From Eledone cirrhosa (lineage: Eukaryota), in NCBI GenBank assembly GCA_964016885.1, contig OZ024757.1:35030001-35094000 (forward strand): a stretch of 64,000 nt of DNA. Direction: 5' to 3'. Shown in pieces: positions 1 through 11,307 of this stretch. Within the stretch, counting starts at the first letter, position 1; each line of letters starts with the position of its first letter. The notes under the pieces were generated by a model, which was not told the origin of the DNA, did not search any database, and worked only from the letters and a program-made list of their open reading frames with translations. A program made the translations under genes and the position numbers.

Positions 1-1570
1 TCTCTCGTTTCATCTCTCTCTCCCTCTCGTTTCATCTCGCTCTCACTCTCTCATTTCATCTCGCTCTCTCTCTCTCTAGTTTGATCTCGCTCTCACTCTC
101 TTTTCCTCTCTCTCTCTTGTTTCAACACTCTAATCCCTCACTTGTTTCATCTCTCTCAGAATTATTAGCCACAGGGGCAGAGATGTCCATAACTTTACAT
201 GTCAGAATTATTAGCCACAGGGGCAGAGATGTCCATAACATTACATGACAGTTTTATTAGCCACAGGGGCAGAGATGTCCATAACATTACATGACGAATT
301 TATTAGCCACAGGGGCAGAGATGTCCATAACATTACATGACAGAATTATTAGCCACAGGGGCAGAGATGTCCATAACATTACATGACATAATTATTAGCC
401 ACAGGGGCAGAGATGTCCATAACATTACATGACAGAATTATTAGCCACAGGGGCAGATATGTCCATAACATTACATGACAATTATTAGCCCCAAGGGCAG
501 ATATGTCCATAACATTACATGACAGACTTACATCTCACGCTCTCTCTCTCTCTCGTTTCATCTCGCGCTCTCTCTCTTCCTCTCTCTCGTTTCATCTCGC
601 TCTCTCTCTCTCTCTTGTTTCATCTCGCGCTCTCTCTCTTCTTCTCTCTCGTTTCATCTCGCTCTCTCTGTCTCTCGTTTCAACTTTGTCTTCCTCTCTC
701 TCGTTCCATCTCTCTCTTCCTCTCTCTCTCGTTCCATCTCTCTCTCGTTTCATCTAGCTCTCACTCTCTCGTTTCATCTCGCTCTCTCTGTCTCGTTCCA
801 TCTCGCTCTCTCTCTCTCGTTTCATCTCTATCTCCCACGTTTCATCTGTCTCTCTCTCTGTCATTTCATCTCCCTCTATCTCTCTCTCGCTCTCCCGTTT
901 CATCTCTACCTCCCTCTCGTTTCATCTCGCTCTCTCACTCCTGTTTCATCTCGCTCTCTCTCTCCTGTTTAATCTCGCTCTCTACTCTCGTTCCATCTCT
1001 CTCTCGTTTCATCTAGCTCTCACTCTCTCGTTTCATCTCGCTCTCTCTGTCTCTCATTTCATCTCGATCTCTCTGTCTCGTTTCATCCCGCTCTCTCTCT
1101 CTCGTTTCATCTCACTCTCACTCTCTCATTTCATCTCGCTCTCTCTCTCTCGTTTCATCTCGCGCTCTCTCTCTTCCTCTCTCTCGTTTCATCTCGCTCT
1201 CTCTCTCTCGTTTCATCACGCGTTCTCTCTCTTCCTCTCTCTCGTTTCATCTCTCTCTCTCGTTTCATCTCTATCTCCCTCGTTTCATCTGTCTCTCTCT
1301 CTGTCGTTTCATCTCCCTCTATCTCTCTCTCGCTCTCTCGTTTCATCTCTCTCTCCCTCTCGTTTCAACTCGCTCTCTCTCTCCTGTTTCATCTCGCTCT
1401 CTCTCTCTCCTGTTTCATCTCGCTCTCTACTCTCGTTTCCTCTCTCTCGTTTCCTCTCTCTCGTTTCCTCTCTCTCTCGTTTCCTCTCTCTCTCGTTTCA
1501 TTTAGCTCTCACTCTCTCGTTTCATCTCGCTCTCTCTCTCTCATTTCATCTCGCTCTCTCTCTCTCGTTT
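1..1570 (+). repeat. CT-oriented satellite arm (end of preceding higher-order unit)
   Basis: tctcgtttcatctcgc(tc)n motifs plus one 46-mer array; near-identical to ~25820-27393 and ~47550-49123. Confidence 0.95.
157..522 (+). repeat. 46-bp minisatellite array (7x46 + terminal 44-bp variant)
   Basis: Tandem cagaattattagccacaggggcagagatgtccataacattacatga; last unit caattattagccccaagggcagatatg... Confidence 0.95.
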
Positions 1571-1658
1571 CCATAGAAAAGGTAAAGAAAAGAAGAATGC
1601 TCTATGTATTGTACAGAGCTATTTAATTACATAATAAACAACAGAATATAATTATTCC

Positions 1659-2425
1659 ATGCAAATAGACTTAGAATGGAAAACATTCAGACAGAGAAGA
1701 ATGGGTAATGAGCGTCGTAAGAGAAATTGGCCAACAATTAATATTAATGGAAATGTAGAAGAATTTCATATTAGTGATATGAATGTTTCGTGTGATCACT
1801 GTGGAGCTTTGAAATTTAGAAATGAAAATTGTAACTGTTGTAATAAAGGAAAGGTTGTGTTGCCACCATTGCAAATATACCCTGAGAGACTGAGAAATCT
1901 CTTTGAAAGAGGCCAGGAAGCAGTTGATTTCACAGAAACATCTGCAATTAAAACTACATTTATTTCACTTCATTTGGTGTTACCACCCGGCAGAGGCCCG
2001 TATAGCTTTCATATTCAGAGTCAAACATATCACTACACCCCCATCTCTGTAACCTGCAGAAAATACACCACAATATGGCCAGTTATATATTATTGATGGG
2101 AACGAAGGTATGTAGCACAGATTGGAAGTACAACCAAATAATTGTTTCTGGCACAAGGCCAGCAATTACTGGTACTTTATTCTATCGACCTCATAAGGAT
2201 GAAAACAAAGTCAACCTTGGAGGGATTTGAACCCAGAACGTAAATGGCCATAACCCTATGCTGTAAAGCATGGTGTCTGGCGCTCTACCGATACTGCCAA
2301 TCCACTGCCCTAGTACCAACAAATAATGACTGCTCACCACAAAAAATGGCTATGATAAGAGAAGTGTTGCATGAATGTAATCCATATGTCGAAGTGTACA
2401 ATACAATGCATGGCATCGCAAATGA
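1659..2425 (+). pseudogene. Decayed Helitron Rep/Helicase N-terminal fragment, copy 1
   Basis: Colinear motifs across frameshifts/stops: MNVSCDHCGALKFRNE..CCNKGKVVLPPL, RNICN*NYIYFTSFG (1934-1978), LPPGRGPYSFHIQSQTYH (1980-2033), PQYGQLYIID (2068-2097), EVLHECNPYV; resemble the cysteine-rich region preceding the Rep domain of animal Helitrons (recognised from memory). Confidence 0.85.
2143..2311 (-). mobile_element. tRNA-derived SINE (SINE-A), copy 1
   Basis: Minus strand has A-box-like TGGCAGTATCGG (2288-2299) and B-box GGGTTCAAATCCC (2222-2234); flanking direct repeats 2127-2142 / 2312-2327 match at 14 of 16 bases; paralog at 2981-3152. Confidence 0.85.
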
Positions 2426-2450
2426 ATATATATATATATATATATATATA
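2426..2450. repeat. (AT)n microsatellite
   Basis: About (AT)12; ends the recognisable Helitron similarity. Confidence 0.9.
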
Positions 2451-2980
2451 CTACTAAAGTGTATGTAAAATTTTAAAATAAATACTTAAATTCAATTTGT
2501 ATAATTACACATACAATATGTTTTGTTGTAAAACCCTAAATAATGATTTAAGAAATGATGTCAATCTCTTTGTACAGAGAAAAACAATTTATATATATGC
2601 ATTGTGTGCGCCTGTATACTCCATTTAAGACAGTGAAAAACCTAGTACCTCCTTCAAAGAATGCCAAATAGTTTATGCCTAAGGTGTAACACTAATTAAG
2701 TTACCGGTGTAGATATTTCAGTTGAACCCTGCTTCAAACATGCATATTATTATTATATATTTTCAAACACACTTACATACATTATATTTATACACATAGA
2801 AATAATAAGTTAAAACTAAAGTATAATGATATAACAACAGTATATAATAGTTTTCTTCACTTTATTGAGATGCAATCGTTTTAAAGAAAAAACATGACAG
2901 TATAAGAAATATTTAATATGAGAACATAATATTTCAGGTAGGATGGTGGTTTCTCTATGATGGTGGTTTCTCTTTGAACT

Positions 2981-3152
2981 AATAATTGTTTCTATTTTAG
3001 GCACAAGGTCAGTAATTAACCAGTACATTACTGGTACTTTATTTTATCGACCCCGTAAGGATGAAAGGCAAAGTTGACCTCGGATCGTAAAGGGACGTAA
3101 CTATGCTGGAAAGCATGGCGTCAGACCCTCTACCGATACTGCCAATTCACCA
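2981..3152 (-). mobile_element. Second, diverged SINE of same family (SINE-B) lacking the B-box, copy 1
   Basis: Aligns to SINE-A (ggcacaagg...ctggtactttatt.tatcgacc...aaggatgaaa...ctctaccgatactgccaat) but lacks the gggatttgaaccc segment. Confidence 0.8.
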
Positions 3153-3575
3153 TACAGTATAATTATACAAATATGCATATAGATAGCAATATATATACAC
3201 TAATATGTATGTACATATTTACACATATGTACATATATATAGGGAGAGAGAGAGACACATGTATGTATATATATATACACATGCGTGTATGCATGTGTGT
3301 TTATGTACATTCTTCGGTATATATATCGGTATACACATTGGAGACACAGAGAGAGAGAGTTGAAACGAGAGGTGAGAGAGAGAGTTGAAACGAGGAGAGA
3401 GTTGAAACGAGGAGAGAGTTTAAACAAGAGGGTGAGGGGAGAGAGGAAGAGAGAGAGAGAGAGGAAGAGAGAGAGATGGGATGAGAGAGAGGAAGAGAGA
3501 GAGGGAGAGAAGGGGATGAAACAAGAGGGTGAGGGATGAAACAACAGAGAGAGGGGAGAGAAAGAGAGAGGGGAT

Positions 3576-3616
<41 letters not shown>

Positions 3617-5069
3617 ATTGAAACAAGAGAGAGATGAAACAAGTGAGGGATTAGAGAGAGATGAAACAAGTGAGGGATTAGAGTGTTGAAACAAGAGAGA
3701 GAGAGCGAGATGAAATGAGAGAAAGAGAGTGAGATGAAATGAGAGAGTGAGAGCGAGATGAAACGAGACAGGGAGAGCGAGATGAAATGAGAGAGTGAGA
3801 GCGAGATGAAATGAGAGAGTGAGAGCGAGATGAAACGAGAGAGTGAGAGCGAGATGAAACGAGAGAGTGAGAGCGAGATGAAACGAGAGAGAGAGAGAAC
3901 GAGATGAAATGAGAGAGAGAGAGAGCGAGATGAAATGAGACATAGAGAGATGAAACGAGAGAGAGATGAAACGAGAAAGAGAGGAAACGAGAGAGTGGAA
4001 ACAAGAGTAGAGAGCGAGATGAAACAGGAGTGAGAGAGCGAGATGAAACAGGAGAGAGAGAGCGAGATGAAACGAGAGGGAGAGAGAGATGAAACGAGAG
4101 AGCGAGAGAGAGATAGAGGGAAATGAAACGACAGAGAGAGAGACAGATGAAACGAGGGATATAGAGATGAAACGAGAGAGAGAGATGAAACGAGAGAGAG
4201 GAAGAGAGAGATAGAACGAGAGAGAGGAAGAGAGAGATGAAACGAGAGAGAGGAAGACAGAGGTGAAACGAGAGAGAGAGAGAGCGAGATGAAACGAGAG
4301 AGAGGAAGAGAGAGAGCGCGCAAGATGAAACGAGAGAGAGAGAGCGAGATGAAACGAGAGAGAGGAAGAGAGAGAGCGCGAGATGAAACGAGAGAGAGAG
4401 AGCGAGATGAAATGAGAGAGTGAGAGTGAGATGAAACGAGAGAGAGAGAGAGAGCGAGATGAAATGAGAGAGAGAGAGCGAGATGAAATGAGAGAGAGAG
4501 AGCGAGATGAAACGAGACAGAGAGAGCGGGATGAAACGAGACAGAGAGATCGAGATGAAATGAGAGAGAGAGGACAAGATGAAATGAGAGAGAGAGAGCG
4601 AGATGAAACGAGAGAGTGAGATCGAGATGGAACGAGTCAGAGAGAGCGAGATGAAACGAGAGAGTGAGAGCTAGATGAAACGAGAGAGAGGAAACGAGAG
4701 AGAGAGGAAACGAGAGAGAGGAAACGAGAGAGAGGAAACGAGAGTAGAGAGCAAGATGAAACAGGAGAGAGAGAGAGCGAGATGAAACCGGAGAGAGAGA
4801 GCGAGATGAAACGAGAGGGAGGGAGAGATGAAACGAGAGAGCGAGAGAGAGATAGAGGGAGATGTGAACGAGAGAGTGACAGCTAGATGAAACGAGAGAG
4901 AGAGGAATAGAGAGATGGAACGAGAGAGAGGAAGACAGATATGAAACGAGAGAGAGAGAGAGCGAGATGAAACGAGAGAGAGGAAGAGAGAGAGCGCGAG
5001 ATGAAATGAGAGAGAGAGAGCGAGATGAAACGAGAGAGAGGAAGAGAGAGAGCGCGAGATGAAAGTCTG

Positions 5070-5435
5070 TCATGTAATGTTATGGACATATCTGCCCTTG
5101 GGGCTAATAATTGTCATGTAATGTTATGGATATCTCTGCCCCTGTGGCTAATAATTCTGTCATGTAATGTTATGGACATCTCTGCCCCTGTGGCTAATAA
5201 TTCTGTCATGTAATGTTATGGACATCTCTGCCCCTGTGGCTAATAATTCTGTCATGTAATGTTATGGACATCTCTGCCCCTGTGGCTAATAAATCTGACA
5301 TGTAATGTTATGGACATCTGTGCCCCTGTGGCTAATAAATCTGTCATGTAATGTTATGGACATCTCTGCCCCTGTGGCTAATAATTCTGACATGTAATGT
5401 TATGGACATCTCTGCCCCTGTGGCTATTAATTCTG
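5070..5435 (-). repeat. 46-bp minisatellite array (8 units)
   Basis: Reverse complement of the 46-mer; 44-bp variant first. Confidence 0.95.
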
Positions 5436-6464
5436 AGAGAGATGAAACAAGTGAGGGATTAGAGAGAGATGAAACAAGTGAGGGATTAGAGTGTTGAAAC
5501 AAGAGAGAGGAAGAGAGAGTGAGAGCGAGATCAAACGAGAGAGAGAGAGCGAGATGAAATGAGAGAGAGAGAGCGAGATGAAACAAGACAGAGAGAACGG
5601 GATGAAACGAGACAGAGAGAGCGAGAGCGAGATGAAACGAGACAGAGAGAGCGAGATGAAACGAGAGAGAGAGAGCGAGATGAAATGAGAGAGAGAGAGC
5701 GAGATGAAATGAGAGAGAGAGAGCGAGATGAAACGAGACAGAGAGAGCGGGATGAAACGAGACAGAGAGAGTGAGAGCGAGATGAAACGAGACAGAGAGA
5801 GCGAGATGAAACGAGAGAGAGAGAGCGGGATGAAATGAGAGAGAGAGAGCGAGATGAAATGAGAGAGAGAGAGCGAGATGAAATGAGAGAGAGAGAGCGA
5901 GATGAAACGAGACAGAGAGAGCGGGATGAAACGAGACAGAGAGATCGAGATGAAATGAGAGAGAGAGAGCAAGATGAAATGAGAGAGAGAGAGCGAGATG
6001 AAACGAGAGAGTGAGATCGAGATGGAACGAGTCAGAGAGAGCGAGATGAAACGAGAGAGTGAGAGCTAGATGAAACGAGAGAGAGGAAACGAGAGAGAGA
6101 GGAAACGAGAGAGAGGAAACGAGAGAGAGGAAACGAGAGTAGAGAGCAAGATGAAACAGGAGAGAGAGAGCGAGATGAAACCGGAGAGAGAGAGCGAGAT
6201 GAAACGAGAGGGAGGGAGAGATGAAACGAGAGAGCGAGAGAGAGATAGAGGGAGATGTGAACGAGAGAGTGACAGCTAGATGAAACGAGAGAGAGAGGAA
6301 TAGAGAGATGGAACGAGAGAGAGGAAGACAGATATGAAACGAGAGAGAGAGAGAGCGAGATGAAACGAGAGAGAGGAAGAGAGAGAGCGCGAGATGAAAT
6401 GAGAGAGAGAGCGAGCGAGATGAAACGAGAGAGAGGAAGAGAGAGAGCGCGAGATGAAAGTCTG

Positions 6465-6873
6465 TCATGTAATGTTATGGACATATCTGCCCTTGGGGCT
6501 AATAATTGTCATTTAATGTTATGGACATATTGCCCTTGGGGCTAATAATTGTCATGTAATGTTATGGATATCTCTGCCCCTGTGGCTAATAATTCTGTCA
6601 TGTAATGTTATGGACATCTCTGCCCCTGTGGCTAATAATTCTGTCATGTAATGTTATGGACATCTCTGCCCCTGTGGCTAATAATTCTGTCATGTAATGT
6701 TATGGACATCTCTGCCCCTGTGGCTAATAAATCTGACATGTAATGTTATGGACATCTGTGCCCCTGTGGCTAATAAATCTGTCATGTAATGTTATGGACA
6801 TCTCTGCCCCTGTGGCTAATAATTCTGACATGTAATGTTATGGACATCTCTGCCCCTGTGGCTATTAATTCTG
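6465..6873 (-). repeat. 46-bp minisatellite array (9 units)
   Basis: Two short terminal variants then seven 46-mers. Confidence 0.95.
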
Positions 6874-8952
6874 AGAGAGATGAAACAAGTGAGGGATTAG
6901 AGAGAGATGAAACAAGTGAGGGATTAGATTGTTGAAACAAGAGAGAGGAAGAGAGAGTGAGAGCGAGATCAAACGAGAGAGAGAGAGCGAGATGAAATGA
7001 GAGAGAGAGAGCGAGATGAAACAAGACAGAGAGAACGGGATGAAACGAGACAGAGAGAGCGAGAGCGAGATGAAACGAGACAGAGAGAGCGAGATGAAAC
7101 GAGAGAGAGAGAGCGAGATGAAATGAGAGAGAGAGAGCGAGATGAAATGAGAGAGAGAGAGCGAGATGAAACGAGACAGAGAGAGCGGGATGAAACGAGA
7201 CAGAGAGAGTGAGAGCGAGATGAAACGAGACAGAGAGAGCGAGATGAAACGAGAGAGAGAGAGCGGGATGAAATGAGAGAGAGAGAGCGAGATGAAATGA
7301 GAGAGAGAGAGCGAGATGAAACGAGAGAGTGAGAGCGAGATGGAACGAGACAGAGAGAGCGAGATGAAACGAGACAGAGAGAGCGAGATGAAACGAGACA
7401 GAGAGAGCGAGAGCGAGATGAAACGAGACAGAGAGAGCGAGATGAAACGAGAGAGAGAGAGCGAGATGAAATGAGAGAGTGAGAGCGAGATGAAACGAGA
7501 GAGAGAGAGAGAGAGCGAGATGAAATGAGAGAGAGAGAGCGAGATGAAATGAGAGAGAGAGAGCGAGATGAAACGAGACAGAGAGAGCGGGATGAAACGA
7601 GACAGAGAGAGCGAGAGCGAGATGAAATGCGACAGAGAGAGTGAGATGAAACGAGAGAGAGAGAGTGAGATGAAATGAGAGAGAGAGAGCGAGATGAAAC
7701 GAGAGAGTGAGAGCGAGATGAAACGAGAGAGAGAGGAAATGAGAGAGACGAAACGAGAGAGAGGAAACGAGAGTAGAGAGCGAGATGAAACAGGAGAGAG
7801 AGAGCGAGATGAAACAGGAGAGAGAGAGCGAGATGAAACGAGAGGGAGAGAGAGATGAAACGAGAGAGCGAGAGAGAGATCGAGGGAGATGAAACGACAG
7901 AGAGAGAGACAGATGAAACGAGGGAGATAGAGATGAAACGAGAGAGAGAGATGAAACGAGAGAGAGGAAGAGAGAGATGGAACGAGAGAGAGGAAGTCAG
8001 AGATGAAACGAGAGAGAGAGAGAGCAAGATGAAACGAGAGAGAGATGAAACGAGAGAGAGGAAGAGAGAGATGGAACGAGAGAGAGGAAGAGAGAGATGG
8101 AACGAGAGAGAGGAAGCCAGAGATGAAACGAGAGAGAGAGAGAGAGAGATGAAACGAGAGAGAGGAAGAGAGAGAGAGCGCAAGATGAAACGAGAGAGAG
8201 AGAGCGAGATGAAACGAGAGAGAGGAAGAGAGAGAGCGCGAGATGAAACGAGAGAGAGGAAGAGAGAGAGCGCGAGATGAAACGAGAGAGAGAGAGCGAG
8301 ATGAAATGAGAGAGTGAGAGTGAGATGAAACAAGAGAGAGAGAGAGAGCGAGATGAAATGAGAGAGAGAGAGCGAGATGAAATGAGAGAGAGAGAGCGGG
8401 ATGAAACGAGACAGAGAGATCGAGATGAAATGAGAGAGAGAGAGCAAGATGAAATGAGAGAGAGAGAGCGAGATGAAACGAGAGAGTGAGATCGAGATGG
8501 AACGAGTCAGAGAGAGCGAGATGAAACGAGAGAGTGAGAGCTAGATGAAACGAGAGAGAGGAAACGAGAGAGAGAGGAAACGAGAGAGAGGAAACGAGAG
8601 AGAGGAAACGAGAGAGAGGAAACGAGAGTAGAGAGCAAGATGAAACAGGAGAGAGAGAGAGCGAGATGAAACCGGAGAGAGAGAGCGAGATGAAACGAGA
8701 GGGAGGGAGAGATGAAACGAGAGAGCGAGAGAGAGATAGAGGGAGATGAAACGAGAGAGTGACAGCTAGATGAAACGAGAGAGAGAGGAATAGAGAGATG
8801 GAACGAGAGAGAGGAAGACAGATATGAAACGAGAGAGAGAGAGAGCGAGATGAAACGAGAGAGAGGAAGAGAGAGAGCGCGAGATGAAATGAGAGAGCGA
8901 GAGCGAGATGAAACGAGAGAGAGGAAGAGAGAGAGCGCGAGATGAAAGTCTG

Positions 8953-9316
8953 TCATGTAATGTTATGGACATATCTGCCCTTGGGGCTAATAGTTGTCAT
9001 TTAATGTTATGGACATATCTGCCCTTGGGGCTAATAATTGTCATGTAATGTTATGGATATCTCTGCCCCTGTGGCTAATAATTCTGTCATGTAATGTTAT
9101 GGACATCTCTGCCCCTGTGGCTAATAATTCTGTCATGTAATGTTATGGACATCTCTGCCCCTGTGGCTAATAATTCTGTCATGTAATGTTATGGACATCT
9201 CTGCCCCTGTGGCTAATAAATCTGACATGTAATGTTATGGACATCTGTGCCCCTGTGGCTAATAAATCTGTCATGTAATGTTATGGACATCTCTGCCCCT
9301 GTGGCTAATAATTCTG
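8953..9316 (-). repeat. 46-bp minisatellite array (8 units)
   Basis: Two 44-bp variants then six 46-mers. Confidence 0.95.
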
Positions 9317-11307
9317 AGAGAGATGAAACAAGTGAGGGATTAGAGAGAGATGAAACAAGTGAGGGATTAGAGTGTTGAAACAAGAGAGAGGAAGAGAGAG
9401 TGAGAGCGAGATCAAACGAGAGAGAGAGAGCGAGATGAAATGAGAGAGAGAGAGCGAGATGAAACAAGACAGAGAGAACGGGATGAAACGAGACAGAGAG
9501 AGCGAGAGCGAGATGAAACGAGACAGAGAGAGCGAGATGAAACGAGAGAGAGAGAGCGAGATGAAATGAGAGAGAGAGAGCGAGATGAAATGAGAGAGAG
9601 AGAGCGAGATGAAACGAGAGAGTGAGAGCGAGATGGAACGAGAGAGAGAGAGAGAGCGAGATGAAATGAGAGAGAGAGAGCGAGATGAAATGAGAGAGAG
9701 AGAGCGAGATGAAACGAGACAGAGAGAGCGGGATGAAACGAGACAGAGAGAGCGAGAGCGAGATGAAACGAGACAGAGAGAGCGAGATGAAACGAGAGAG
9801 AGAGAGCGGGATGAAATGAGAGAGAGAGAGCGAGATGAAATGAGAGAGAGAGAGCGAGATGAAACGAGAGAGTGAGAGCGAGATGGAACGAGACAGAGAG
9901 AGCGAGATGAAACGAGAGTGGGAGAGCTAGATGAAACGAGAGAGAGAGGAAACGAGAGAGAGAGGAAACGAGAGAGACGAAACGAGAGAGAGGAAACGAG
10001 AGTAGAGAGCGAGATGAAAGAGGAGAGAGAGAGCGAGATGAAACAGGAGAGAGATAGCGAGATGAAACGAGAGGGAGAGAGAGATGAAACGAGAGAGCGA
10101 GAGAGAGATAGAGGGAGATGAAACGACAGAGAGAGAGACAGATGAAACGAGGGAGATAGAGATGAAACGAGAGAGAGGAAGAGAGAGATGGAACGAGAGA
10201 GAGGAAGAGAGAGATGGAACGAGAGAGAGGAAGACAGAGATGAAACGAGAGAGAGAGAGAGAGCAAGATAAAACGAGAGAGAGAGATTAAACGAGAGAGA
10301 GGAAGAGAGAGATGGAACGAGAGAGAGGAAGAGAGAGATGGAACGAGAGAGAGGAAGACAGAGAGCGCAAGATGAAACGAGAGAGAGAGAGAGAGAGCGA
10401 GATGAAACGAGAGAGAGGAAGAGAGAGAGCGCGAGATGAAACGAGAGAGAGGAAGTGAGAGAGCGCGAGATGAAACGAGAGAGAGAGAGCGAGATGAAAT
10501 GAGAGAGTGAGAGTGAGATGAAACGAGAGAGAGAGAGAGAGAGCGTGATGAAATGAGAGAGAGAGAGCGAGATGAAATGAGAGAAAGAGAGTGAGATGAA
10601 ATGAGAGAGTGAGAGCGAGATGAAACGAGACAGGGAGAGCGAGATGAAATGAGAGAGTGAGAGCGAGATGAAACGAGAGAGTGAGAGCGAGATGAAACGA
10701 GAGAGAGAGAGAGCGAGATGACACGAGACAGAGAGAGCGAGATGAAATGAGAGAGAGAGAGAGAGAGAGAGAGCGAGATGAAACGAGAGAGAGAGTGCGA
10801 AATGAAACGAGAGTGAGAGAGCGAGATGAAACGAGAGAGTGAGAGCGAGATGAAATGAGAGAGAGAGAGAACGAGATGAAATGAGAGAGAGAGAGAGCGA
10901 GATGAAATGAGACATAGAGAGATGAAACGAGAGAGAGATGAAACGAGAAAGAGAGGAAACGAGAGAGTGGAAACAAGAGTAGAGAGCGAGATGAAACAGG
11001 AGTGAGAGAGCGAGATGAAACAGGAGAGAGAGAGCGCGATGAAACGAGAGGGAGCGAGAGAGAGATAGAGGGAAATGAAACGACAGAGAGAGAGACAGAT
11101 GAAACGAGGGATATAGAGATGAAACGAGAGAGAGATATGAAACGAGAGAGAGGAAGAGAGAGATAGAACGAGAGAGAGGAAGAGAGAGATGAAACGAGAG
11201 AAAGGAAGACAGAGGTGAAACGAGAGAGAGAGAGAGCGAGATGAAACGAGAGAGAGAGCGAGATGAAACGAGAGAGAGGAAGAGAGAGAGCGCGAGATGA
11301 AACTCTG

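Larger units (their letters stand above)
1571..3340. repeat. AT-rich non-satellite block, copy 1 (spacer between inverted arms)
   Basis: Recurs at 27394-29167 and 49124-50881 with only scattered substitutions and (AT)n length change. Confidence 0.95.

Noticed and set aside
157-522. 46-bp repeat arrays with a degenerate terminal unit as CRISPR arrays
   Set aside because: Units are contiguous with no unique spacers, no cas genes are present and the context is eukaryotic
1659-2096. Intact 145-aa zinc-finger protein gene
   Set aside because: Helitron-like similarity moves between frames and includes stops; the ORF is a chance-open part of a pseudogene
2143-2311. Functional tRNA gene
   Set aside because: A and B boxes are present but spaced too far apart for a normal cloverleaf; has a non-tRNA body, target-site duplication and a diverged paralog, so SINE fits better
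2244-2468. 74-aa ORF as an independent gene
   Set aside because: Chimera of antisense SINE head, Helitron relic and (AT)n; its C-terminus changes with tract length among copies
2942-2973. Direct repeat gatggtggtttctct x2 (17-bp period)
   Set aside because: Real but most simply a local tandem duplication; no evidence of function
2816-3388. Short ORFs 2816-3028 (-) and 3173-3388 (+)
   Set aside because: AT-rich or simple-repeat translations without recognisable motifs; conservation only reflects recent duplication
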